In this document: positions 9,080-17,358 of the stretch, piece after piece
How the letters are laid out: each line of letters begins with the position of its first letter
Numbering within the stretch: the stretch's first letter is position 1
NCBI GenBank assembly: GCA_034667725.1
Contig: JAXDQS010000001.1
Coordinates: forward strand, 64,001 to 128,000
Reading direction: 5' to 3'
DNA from: Thermoplasmata archaeon
GTDB taxonomy: Archaea > Thermoplasmatota > E2 > JACPAO01 > JAHFTW01
Length of the DNA: 64,000 nucleotides
Notes under the pieces: generated by a model
Databases searched by the model: none
What the model saw: the letters and a program-made list of their open reading frames with translations, nothing else
Told to the model about the DNA's origin: nothing
Made by a program: the position numbers and the translations under genes

Positions 9080-10146
9080 ACGACCAGCTCCTGCAACCGT
9101 TCTTCGGACAACCCGGCCGCCTTGCCGCGCGCCACGGCCCGCAGGGTCGTGACCTCGCGGTGCTTGCGCACCAAAAAGAGAAGGATGGGGATGATGGAGA
9201 GCGGGTTGCCGTGGGCCAGCAGGTCCAGCTGGGCCAGGTGGGCGCGCCACACGGCCGCCTGGAAGGGGCCGAGGCGGCGGGTCTCGCCGGCCTTCGCCAG
9301 CTCCTCGCGGACGGTCGCATAGGCGCGGCTGTCGGCCAGCATCTCGGCCATGGCCGCCAGGTCCTTGGCGCGGGCCAGGCCCATGACGTCCGCGACCTTG
9401 AGGCTGCGGCCGCCGGGGACGACGTAGGGCGAGAAGTCGCCCGCTTCGCCGGCCGCGACCCAGCGCGCCGCGTTCAGCAGGTTGCGGGTGTCGATCTCGC
9501 GCCGGACGAACTCCTGCATCTCCTTGCTGCCCTTCTCGGTGGACTGCTCGAGGGCGGCCACCAGGCGGCTGTAGTAGGCCTTGTCGAGCGCGTCCTCGTA
9601 GCGGGGCAGCGGCGAGCCGGCGGGGACCTTGGCCAGGATGGCGGCCCACTCGCGGCTGGCGTGCGGGCCCTTCTCGAAGGCGGCGACCACGTCGGGGATG
9701 CCCTTGACGTCGTCGCTCAACGCGGGCGCGAACAGGCCGTAGGCGTGCTCGTTCTCCAGCACCATCTCGCGCAGGAGCTCGTCGCGGGTGGCGCCGGCGT
9801 TCTTGCCGCGCAGCAGCGTCTTGACGTCCTCGAAGTGGTAGCGGTCGAGGAACAGGTTGATCAGCGCGCCGCCCTCGCCCGAGAGCATCTGGCGGACCTG
9901 CTCGTAGGTGCGCTCCTCGTTGACCGTGAGCGCCGCCTCCAAAAGGTCCAGGCCAACGAACTTGCTGGCGAGCTCGTCGACCTCGGACTTGTAGGCGGAG
10001 TCCTGGATGAACCGGGTGATCTCGGCCACGTCCATCTTGAGGATCTTGGCGTACTCCGAGCGCGGGATGAGCTTGGCCCGCTTGGCCTGCACGCGCGCGA
10101 CGGCGTAAGGGTAGTTGGTGAAGCCCTTGCGGCTCAGGAGTCCCAT
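9076..10146 (-). CDS. atpC: A/V-type ATP synthase subunit C
   Basis: NYPYAVARVQA, EIDTRNLLN, EVTTLRAVARGK; operon position. Confidence 0.93.
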   Translation of the reverse strand: MGLLSRKGFTNYPYAVARVQAKRAKLIPRSEYAKILKMDVAEITRFIQDSAYKSEVDELASKFVGLDLLEAALTVNEERTYEQVRQMLSGEGGALINLFLDRYHFEDVKTLLRGKNAGATRDELLREMVLENEHAYGLFAPALSDDVKGIPDVVAAFEKGPHASREWAAILAKVPAGSPLPRYEDALDKAYYSRLVAALEQSTEKGSKEMQEFVRREIDTRNLLNAARWVAAGEAGDFSPYVVPGGRSLKVADVMGLARAKDLAAMAEMLADSRAYATVREELAKAGETRRLGPFQAAVWRAHLAQLDLLAHGNPLSIIPILLFLVRKHREVTTLRAVARGKAAGLSEERLQELVV

Positions 10147-10155
10147 TTGGGTCCC

Positions 10156-10710
10156 TCAGTGGAACAGGCCGGCCTCGGCCTTCAGGACGTCGCGCCAGGA
10201 CTCGTCGAGCAGCGTCTCGTAGCTGAGGTCGAGGCGGGCGTCGCCGGCCTCGGACTCCACGATGATGCCGCCGGCGATGGCGTGGCTGCCGCCGTGCTTG
10301 TAGGTCTTCTGGGCGTGCAGGGCCGCGGTGTCCTGCGCGGCGCCCCAGACGGTCCCCTTCGGGACGATGGCGTGGGCGCGGGCCAGGAGCTTCTTGAGGT
10401 GGGCCTCGCGGGTCTTGGCCGGCAGGTCGGCCAGCCCTTGCAGGATGGTCCGCTTCAGCTCGGCGCGCAGCGTGGCCTCGGCGCCGAGGACCGCCTTGCG
10501 GCTCTCGGACTCGGCGCGGCTGGCGGCCTGCGCGGACACGGCCGCGGCCTCCTTGTCGGCGGCGGCGAGGCGCGCGGCCTCGTGCTGCTTGGCCTGGGCG
10601 CGCGCGGCGTCGAGGATGGCGGCCGCCTCCTTGCGGGCTTCCGCAAGGATGTGCTGGGCGCGCGCCTCGCCGTCGCGGCGGACCTCGCCGATGACCTGGT
10701 CGAGTCCCAT
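10156..10710 (-). CDS. atpE: A/V-type ATP synthase subunit E
   Basis: N-terminal coiled coil, GGIIVESEAG..LDLSYETLL; operon position. Confidence 0.9.
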   Translation of the reverse strand: MGLDQVIGEVRRDGEARAQHILAEARKEAAAILDAARAQAKQHEAARLAAADKEAAAVSAQAASRAESESRKAVLGAEATLRAELKRTILQGLADLPAKTREAHLKKLLARAHAIVPKGTVWGAAQDTAALHAQKTYKHGGSHAIAGGIIVESEAGDARLDLSYETLLDESWRDVLKAEAGLFH

Positions 10711-10729
10711 CGGGTCGCCCCTGGGAGCC

Positions 10730-10957
10730 TCAGCCCATCCGGCCCATCAGCAGGAAGGCGATGACGAAGCCGAACAGGACGATCGTCTCGGGGATGACGG
10801 TCAGGGTGAGGCCCTTGCCGAAGTTCTTCTCGTCCTCGGCGGTGGCCCCGATGGCCGCGGCGCCGATGGCCGATTGCGCCCAGCCCGTGCCGAGGCCCGC
10901 CAGTCCAACAGCCAGTCCGGCGCCAACGCCGATCAGTCCAGCTCCAACGTCAACCAT
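10730..10957 (-). CDS. atpK: A-type ATP synthase proteolipid subunit K/c
   Basis: 75-aa hairpin, GLAGLGTGWAQ, IPET ion-binding Glu; SD AAGGAG upstream. Confidence 0.96.
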   Translation of the reverse strand: MVDVGAGLIGVGAGLAVGLAGLGTGWAQSAIGAAAIGATAEDEKNFGKGLTLTVIPETIVLFGFVIAFLLMGRMG

Positions 10958-10983
10958 GTGTGGTGTCTCCTTGTGTGTGGTGG

Positions 10984-11017
10984 GGAAAGAGGGGTGGGAA
11001 AGAGGTTCGGAAAGAGG
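10984..11017. repeat. Three copies of GGAAAGAGG in the atpI-atpK spacer
   Basis: Copies at 10984, 10997 and 11009. Confidence 0.75.
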
Positions 11018-11039
11018 GGTTTCTCCCAGGATAAGGGCT

Positions 11040-13220
11040 TCAGGCCGCGCGACGGCCGAACGGTAGATAAGCGCGACCGCCGCCCGCGAAGAACTTCGAG
11101 AAGAACTCCACGAACTGCAGACGCAGGGACTGGAGGGTGCCCGCGATGATGGAGAGCACGAGGATGAGGCTGAAGCTCAGCAGGTACACGACCCAGCCCA
11201 CGACGCTTGCCGTGTTGGGCGCCTCCGTCGTGCCGCCGCCCACGACCCCGAAGGCGATGTTGGCGAACGCGATGGCCATGCCGGCCTTCGAGGCGCCGAT
11301 GGCGGCCAGACGCGTGTAGGACAGGATGTTGCCGGCCAGGCCGGGAATCTCCAGAAGCGCGATGAAGCCGACGCCGATGACGTGGGCCGCGCCCATGTAG
11401 AGCAGGACGACGCTGGCCACCGCGACCCCGAGGCCGAGGTAGCCAAGGATGCCGCCCCAGGCCAGGACCGCGGCGCCGCCGCCGGCCATCAGGGTGAGCC
11501 AGGCCACCTTCTCTTGGACGGCGAGCTTGGCGCCGTGCTGGACGTAGACGTTGCGCACGCCGATGAGAAGGCCCAGGATGACGTGGACGAGGCCGATGAG
11601 CATGGCCCAGACGAGGAGGGCCATCGTGTCGTGCACCTTGGAGTAGTAGCCGAGGTTCACGATGCCGGCCAGCGACAGGTGGGTGTCGGTGTGGGGCGTG
11701 AGGATGCCCGCCAGCCCGGTCGCCTCGCCGGCGTGGGTGGTGAGGTTGCCTTCCAGGGCCGTCTCGAGGGCCTCGTGGCCGCCGCCGGTCTTGAACAGGA
11801 AGCCATGGTCCGGCAGGTGCAGGCCCAGGATGTTCTCCCAGGACAGCTCGCCCTGGGAGGCGGCGTGGGCGTCGACGACGAAGTGGATGCCGAGGGCCTC
11901 GCCGAAGACGAACAGGCCGACGAGGGCCGACATGAAGCCGCCCGCCATGATGGACTTGCCAATGGCGGGGCCGCCAATCCCGAACACCTTGTTCTTGATG
12001 AGGAAGGCGCCGACCAGCATGATGAGGATGCCCACCGCCAGGTCGCCGACCATGAGGCCGAAGAACAGCGGGAAGAACACCAGCATCAGCTTGGTCGGGT
12101 CCACTTCCTTGTAGCGCGGGCGGCCCAGCAGCCCGAGCAGGTATTGGTAGGGGCGCGCCGGCTTGGGGTTCTCCAAGTGGACCGGCGGCTCGCTGGCGGG
12201 GTCGCTGTGGTGCTCGCCCTCCTCGTGGTGCGCGGCGGCGTCGTCGTGGCCGGCCGGGCCCATGGTGGAGGTGGCGGTGGCCTCGTGGCCGTGGCCGCCG
12301 TGGGCCGGCACGTCGCCCAGATCCTCGAAGTAGAGGCTGTCGCCGAAGCGCGCCGCGAGCGCCTGCCGGACGCGGCCGAGCTCGGCGCGCGGCACCCAGC
12401 CCTCGATATGGAAGGTGTGGTCGGTGACCCCGAACCGGAGCGGCGCCTGGGTGCGCTCGACCTCGGCGGCCAGCTCGGCCTCCAGGCGGGCGAGGCGGGG
12501 GCCCCAGCTTGCGCGCAGGCCGGCGACCTCGGCCTCGGCGGCCTCGAGCTCGCGGCGCAGCTCGGCGCGCTCGGCGGCCAGGCCCGCCAGGCGCTGGGCG
12601 GGCGTGCCGGCGCCGGTGGCGAGGGTGGCGGTGAAGCCGGCGTCGGCCAGCAGGCGGTCGGCGATGGGGCCGTCCTTGGCGGCCACGACGGCGGCGACCG
12701 CGAAGCTGGTGCCCAAGGGGACCGCGTGGATGTCGTGGACGACCCCCGACTTGCGGAACGCCTCCGTGGGGTCGGCGCGGGCGGTGCCGACGGCGACGCG
12801 GACGGAGGTGAGGCTGCGGGCCAGGCCGAGGTCCACGGGCAGGCCGCGGATGGCCTCCAGCGCCTGCTCCTCGGCGTCGAGGGCGACCAGGCGGGCGCGG
12901 ACCTGGCCGGCGCGCTGGAGGGCGGGGCCGGTGTGGGCCTCGGCCGACTGCAAGGTGGAGCGGGGCTCGCCGGCGGTCTCGGAGGAGGGGATGGCGTGCT
13001 CGGTGCCCAGGGCCTTCAGAAGGCCGCGGACGGCGACGAGGGCCTCGCTGGCCCTGTCGCCGGCCTCGAGGGGGGTGCCGATGCGGGTGGTGCCGGTCGG
13101 GTCGTGGTAGTCCTCGAGGTGGAGGACCCCCTGCTGGTGCAGGGTCTCGATGACGCCCTCCTGGTGCTGGGCGTGGCCGCCGACCAGGATGCGGTTCATG
13201 CGCGACGGCAGCATTCCCAT
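11040..13220 (-). CDS. atpI: A/V-type ATP synthase subunit I/a
   Basis: IEGWVP, PRYKEVDPT, FFGLMVGD, NILSYTRLAAIG, LQSLRLQFVEFFSKF. Confidence 0.96.
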   Translation of the reverse strand: MGMLPSRMNRILVGGHAQHQEGVIETLHQQGVLHLEDYHDPTGTTRIGTPLEAGDRASEALVAVRGLLKALGTEHAIPSSETAGEPRSTLQSAEAHTGPALQRAGQVRARLVALDAEEQALEAIRGLPVDLGLARSLTSVRVAVGTARADPTEAFRKSGVVHDIHAVPLGTSFAVAAVVAAKDGPIADRLLADAGFTATLATGAGTPAQRLAGLAAERAELRRELEAAEAEVAGLRASWGPRLARLEAELAAEVERTQAPLRFGVTDHTFHIEGWVPRAELGRVRQALAARFGDSLYFEDLGDVPAHGGHGHEATATSTMGPAGHDDAAAHHEEGEHHSDPASEPPVHLENPKPARPYQYLLGLLGRPRYKEVDPTKLMLVFFPLFFGLMVGDLAVGILIMLVGAFLIKNKVFGIGGPAIGKSIMAGGFMSALVGLFVFGEALGIHFVVDAHAASQGELSWENILGLHLPDHGFLFKTGGGHEALETALEGNLTTHAGEATGLAGILTPHTDTHLSLAGIVNLGYYSKVHDTMALLVWAMLIGLVHVILGLLIGVRNVYVQHGAKLAVQEKVAWLTLMAGGGAAVLAWGGILGYLGLGVAVASVVLLYMGAAHVIGVGFIALLEIPGLAGNILSYTRLAAIGASKAGMAIAFANIAFGVVGGGTTEAPNTASVVGWVVYLLSFSLILVLSIIAGTLQSLRLQFVEFFSKFFAGGGRAYLPFGRRAA

Positions 13221-13231
13221 GTGCGGGGCTC

Positions 13232-13549
13232 CTAGAGCTTCCCTTCGAGGACCTTCAGCGCGCGCTCGGTGGCGCCGGCGACCCCGGCCTGGTAGCGGGC
13301 GCGCAGGTTGGCGGCGTCCTTCTGGCCCTTGGCGTGGGTGGCCTTGGCCTTCGCGTCGCCGTCCTTGCGCGCGTTCTCGACGCGGCTGGAGTAGGCGAAG
13401 TCGGCCTGGGCGCGGCCTTCGCCCAGGATGGCGTCGGCTTGGCGGCGGGCTTCGGCCACGATGGCCTTCGCCTCGGCCTCGGCCTGGGCGACGCGCGTCT
13501 TGGCGGCAGTCTCCGCGTCCTTGATGCGCAACAGGAGCTCGCTCTGCAA
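13232..13549 (-). CDS. atpH: A-type ATP synthase subunit H/G
   Basis: LLRIKDAE coiled coil; first gene of the operon. Confidence 0.85.
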   Translation of the reverse strand: MQSELLLRIKDAETAAKTRVAQAEAEAKAIVAEARRQADAILGEGRAQADFAYSSRVENARKDGDAKAKATHAKGQKDAANLRARYQAGVAGATERALKVLEGKL

Positions 13550-13582
13550 AACCGGGCCCTCGGGCTGCGCGAAAGTGGGGTG

Positions 13583-15061
13583 TTATTTCAGGCCTGGGGT
13601 GGGGTTCCGGTGGAGCAGCAGGTGGCGCACCCAGTAGACCAGGGCGCCGATGCCGATGAGGATCGCCGCCATCATGGTGGTGCTGCCGAAGAAGCGCGGC
13701 ACGTCGCCGGTGGCGGCCAGGGCGCCCAGGTCTTTGTCGAGGTAGGACCAGAGCACGCCGACCGAGGCCAGGCCGAACAGGATGGCGGGCAGCGGCCGCA
13801 GCGGCGACTTGAAGCCGTCGAAGGCCGAGGGGTCGCTGCGCCGCAGCAGGAAGTAGCCCACCATCGTGACGAGGTAGAACACGTAGAGGCCGAAGACCAC
13901 CAGGTCCGCGAGCGCCAGGTAGCTGCCGGTGAGGGTGAGGAAGCCGGCCCAGATGGCGCCGTACACCAGGCCGTAGCTCGGGGTGCCGTGGCGGCTCAGA
14001 AGCCCGAAGGGGCGCGGGAACTCGCGGTCGCGGGCCACCGACCAGTAGATGCGCGGGCTGGCCAGGACGTAGGCGTTGACGGTGCCGAAGGTGGAGACCA
14101 CGATCATGCTCGCCACCAGCCCGCCCGCGATGCCGCCCAGCACCTGGGTCGTCGACTCCGTGGCGATGGGGACGTCCCCGGTGAGGGCCGCCTGGGACAC
14201 CTCGCCCACGGGCAGGACGTGGAAGTAGGCGTACGTCGCCAGCAGGTAGACGCCCGCCACCAGGCAGGTCGCGATCAGGATGGCCTTTGGCAGCACCCGG
14301 CGCGCGTCCTTGACCTCGGCGGCCACGAAGGTGGCCTGCGCGAAGCCGTCGTAGGCGAACAGCGAGCTGGAGGTCGCGACCGCGAACGCGCCCAGGCCGA
14401 AGCCGGTGAACGACGCGCCCACGCCGCCGAAGTTGCCGGCGCTGCGCCCCAGCACGAACGCCGACAGCACGATGAAGCCGATGGCCGCGAGCTTGGCGAT
14501 GGTGGCCACGTTGTTGACGTCGGCGGCGCGCCGCACGCCCAGGTAGTTGATGCCGGTCAGGAGCCAGACGATGGCGATGGCGAGGGCGGCGGTGCCGTAC
14601 TTCGGGACCACGACGAACCCGAGGTTCACCGGGGACCCCGGCAGGCCGCCGCTGCCCATGGCCGCAAGCAGGGTGTCGAAGGCGGTCGCAAGCGCCACGG
14701 CCACGGCGGCGATGGTGCCGGTCTGCACGACGGCGAACGCGGTCCACGAGAACAGGAAGCCCCAGGCCCGGCCCACCGAGTCCCGCAGGAAGGCGTACTG
14801 GCCGCCGGCCTTGGGGAACGCGGCGCCCAGCTCGGCGAACACCAGGCCGCCGCACAGCGCGATGACGGCGCCCAGCACCCACGCCAGCATGATGGCCCAG
14901 GCGCCGCCGCCCAGCACCACGTTCCCGGCCGCGTCGTGCGAGCCCAGGCTCGCCAGCATCCCGCCCGGCAGGAAGAAGATGCCCGAGCCCACCATCGAGC
15001 CCACGATGATGGCGGTCAGGTCGAACGTGCCCAACCCCTTCTTCGGGGCCTCGGTGGCCAT
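13583..15061 (-). CDS. APC family amino acid permease
   Basis: GSMVGSGIFFLP, AELGAAFPKAGGQY, LFAYDGF..VAAEVKD; about 12 TM. Confidence 0.93.
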   Translation of the reverse strand: MATEAPKKGLGTFDLTAIIVGSMVGSGIFFLPGGMLASLGSHDAAGNVVLGGGAWAIMLAWVLGAVIALCGGLVFAELGAAFPKAGGQYAFLRDSVGRAWGFLFSWTAFAVVQTGTIAAVAVALATAFDTLLAAMGSGGLPGSPVNLGFVVVPKYGTAALAIAIVWLLTGINYLGVRRAADVNNVATIAKLAAIGFIVLSAFVLGRSAGNFGGVGASFTGFGLGAFAVATSSSLFAYDGFAQATFVAAEVKDARRVLPKAILIATCLVAGVYLLATYAYFHVLPVGEVSQAALTGDVPIATESTTQVLGGIAGGLVASMIVVSTFGTVNAYVLASPRIYWSVARDREFPRPFGLLSRHGTPSYGLVYGAIWAGFLTLTGSYLALADLVVFGLYVFYLVTMVGYFLLRRSDPSAFDGFKSPLRPLPAILFGLASVGVLWSYLDKDLGALAATGDVPRFFGSTTMMAAILIGIGALVYWVRHLLLHRNPTPGLK

Positions 15062-15202
15062 GCGGGCACGAGCCGGGGGCGCGACTTCAGCGTGCCGTTC
15101 GCGCAGGCCCCGCGGGAATCCCCGACCGCCCCAGGAGTTTCCTGCGCTATCGCCTCGGCTTAAATGCCCACGTGGACCGAGGAGTGGTCAAGGTGACCTG
15201 AT

Positions 15203-15721
15203 ATGTCCCCAACAACCCCCACCATCGTCCGCACGACCGTCCTCGGCTTGGCCATCTGCGCCCTGCTGTTCGCGGCCGCCCCCGTCTCGGCCATGGGCCT
15301 TGACTCCGCAGCCAGCGCCGTCGCCGACGCCACCGCCAACGCGACCGCCAACGCCGGCATGGACGCGGCCGCCAACGCGGCCGCCGACGTGACCGGCGAC
15401 GTGTCCGCCAACGCCGCGGCCGACGCCTCCGCCAGCGCGGACGTCGCCGCCGACCTCGCGGCCTCCGCCACCGCCACCGCCGACGCGACCCTCCAGGGCG
15501 CCGCCGGCCTCGACGCCTCGGGCGCCCTCGACGCGGCCGCCAACGTGGCCGCCGACGCGACCGCCACCGTCGACGTCAACGCCGACGCCAACGTCGGCCT
15601 GGACGGCGGCGTCCACGCGAACGCCAACGCCGACGCCAGCGTCGACGCGGACACCAGCGTCATGGGCCAGGTCTCGGCCTTCTTCTCGGGCATGGCCTCG
15701 GCCTTCCTGAGCCTCTTCTGA
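15203..15721 (+). CDS. Secreted Ala/Asp-rich low-complexity protein
   Basis: Signal peptide, ADA/ANA repeats, hydrophobic C-terminus; SD AAGGTGA. Confidence 0.75.
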   Translation: MSPTTPTIVRTTVLGLAICALLFAAAPVSAMGLDSAASAVADATANATANAGMDAAANAAADVTGDVSANAAADASASADVAADLAASATATADATLQGAAGLDASGALDAAANVAADATATVDVNADANVGLDGGVHANANADASVDADTSVMGQVSAFFSGMASAFLSLF

Positions 15722-15733
15722 ACCTGAAGACGG

Positions 15734-15780
15734 CCCTTTTCCTCTCCTTCTCCCCTTCCTTTGTGCCTTCTGTTTTTTTG
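15734..15780 (+). terminator. Pyrimidine/oligo-T terminator-like tract
   Basis: CCCTTTTCCTCTCCTTCTCCCCTTCCTTTG...TTTTTTT between convergent genes. Confidence 0.6.
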
Positions 15781-15783
15781 CGC

Positions 15784-16587
15784 CTACGCCAGCTTGGTGA
15801 CCTTGCCGCACTTCGGGCAGCGCAGGTGGATCGGCCGCTCCTGGGGCGCCAGCAGGATGGTCTCGCAGCCGCCGCACTTGCCGCGCGCCATGCCGTCCGG
15901 CGTGAAGTCCGGGTCGCCGCCCGGCGGCGCGACCTTGGCCAGCACCGCGGCCGGCTCCTTGCGCACCACCATGGCCGCCGCGCGCGGGCTCGACGCCGGC
16001 GCCGGCGACGGCACCATCACGACGCCGCCGTCGTCGGTGCGCGCCAGCGGCACGATGGTCTCGCCGCGCCGCTGCGCCAGCTGCTCGCCGCGCGTGACGC
16101 CGCTCGGGCCCTTGCGCTGCGGCCAGCCCTTGGCGTCCACCTGCATGTTGCGGTTGGGCGGCAGCACCGGCGGCAGGCGCTGGATGGCCGGCCGCGGATC
16201 GCCGCGGGCGGGCGCCTCCTCCACGTCCTCCTCGACCGCGATGGCGTGCTCCTCGTCCCCGCCCGCCTTGGGCTCGAACTCGAACGACAGGGGCCGCCCC
16301 ACGGGCAGCGGCGGCGCGCCCGCCGGCTGCGGCGGCTCCGCCGCGCGCACGGCGGCGGCAGCACCGTCGCGGCGGGCCAGGACCACGAGAAGGAGGCCGT
16401 AGACCGCGACCAGGCCGACGAAGCTGAGGCCGAAGCCGAGCCAGTCGAACAGCGTGCGCGGGTTGCCGTCGGTGCTGGCCTTGCCGAAGGCGTAGAGCGT
16501 CACGACGAGGCCGAGCACGCCGATGGCGGCGAAGACGGTCGCGAGCAATCGGTAGCCGCCACGGCCAATGCCTTCCTGCATCTGCAT
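15784..16587 (-). CDS. Two-TM membrane protein with C-terminal zinc ribbon
   Basis: Two TM helices, Pro-rich linker, CGGC...CPKC. Confidence 0.72.
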   Translation of the reverse strand: MQMQEGIGRGGYRLLATVFAAIGVLGLVVTLYAFGKASTDGNPRTLFDWLGFGLSFVGLVAVYGLLLVVLARRDGAAAAVRAAEPPQPAGAPPLPVGRPLSFEFEPKAGGDEEHAIAVEEDVEEAPARGDPRPAIQRLPPVLPPNRNMQVDAKGWPQRKGPSGVTRGEQLAQRRGETIVPLARTDDGGVVMVPSPAPASSPRAAAMVVRKEPAAVLAKVAPPGGDPDFTPDGMARGKCGGCETILLAPQERPIHLRCPKCGKVTKLA

Positions 16588-16735
16588 CCCAGGAGGGCCA
16601 GGGGCGGTCCGGGGATATCTCCGCTTCGGATGGGCAGGCGCGTCCAAAGAATGGGGCGGAATCTGCAAAAGACCGACGTTCTGGCCCAATTGATATTTTA
16701 AAAGGGATGATTGTGGCAAGCTGAGATTGCTGCCG

Positions 16736-17140
16736 ATGGCCCAAGCCTCCACTGGACAATACCCTGCAGACCTGACCAACCAGCTCGGAAGCAGCGAGCA
16801 GGTCCATTTCTTCTCCTGGCTGGCCACCAAGGGCGGCTGCTTCGGGCTGGCGACCAAGCGGGACGAGTACTGGATTGCGCTCACGAACCAGCGTGTCCTC
16901 TACCGCGCCATGGTGCGCGACGAAGCCAACAAGCGCACCATCGAGCGCGAGGGCATGGTTCCTTTCAGCAAGGTCTCCGGCATCGAGGTCACGAACGTCA
17001 AGGCCGACGGGTGCGCCGGCGGCAAGTCCTCGGCGCTGAAGATCGGGTCTTCCGGCGGCGAGGTCATGATTCCGGTCGTGAACCGGGAGAAAGGGCTGGA
17101 AGTGCGCAATGCCTATTCCCGCCTCGCCCACGGCGCTTAG
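16736..17140 (+). CDS. Hypothetical protein, PH-like domain
   Basis: WIALTNQRVLY...VPFSKVSGIEV pattern of bPH-type domains. Confidence 0.6.
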   Translation: MAQASTGQYPADLTNQLGSSEQVHFFSWLATKGGCFGLATKRDEYWIALTNQRVLYRAMVRDEANKRTIEREGMVPFSKVSGIEVTNVKADGCAGGKSSALKIGSSGGEVMIPVVNREKGLEVRNAYSRLAHGA

Positions 17141-17357
17141 GCTCCGTCCTGCCAACCGGGCCGCCGTCTGGGCCATCGGACGCTACCGGCGCGCGACCGC
17201 GAGCCGGGCCCATCGGTGCCTGCATTGGCCCACTTGCTCCAACTATGGGCTGATCGCCTACGAGAAGTACGGGTTCTGGAAGGCTACGGGAAAGACCTGG
17301 CGGCGCGTCCGCCAATGCCACCCCTTCTCCACCCTGCCCTACGAGGACTTCCCGTGA
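17109..17357 (+). CDS. YidD-like (haemolytic domain) protein
   Basis: AIGRYRR...CLHWPTCSNYGLIAYEKYG...RVRQCHPF; start uncertain. Confidence 0.75.
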   Translation: MPIPASPTALRLRPANRAAVWAIGRYRRATASRAHRCLHWPTCSNYGLIAYEKYGFWKATGKTWRRVRQCHPFSTLPYEDFP

Positions 17358-17358
17358 C

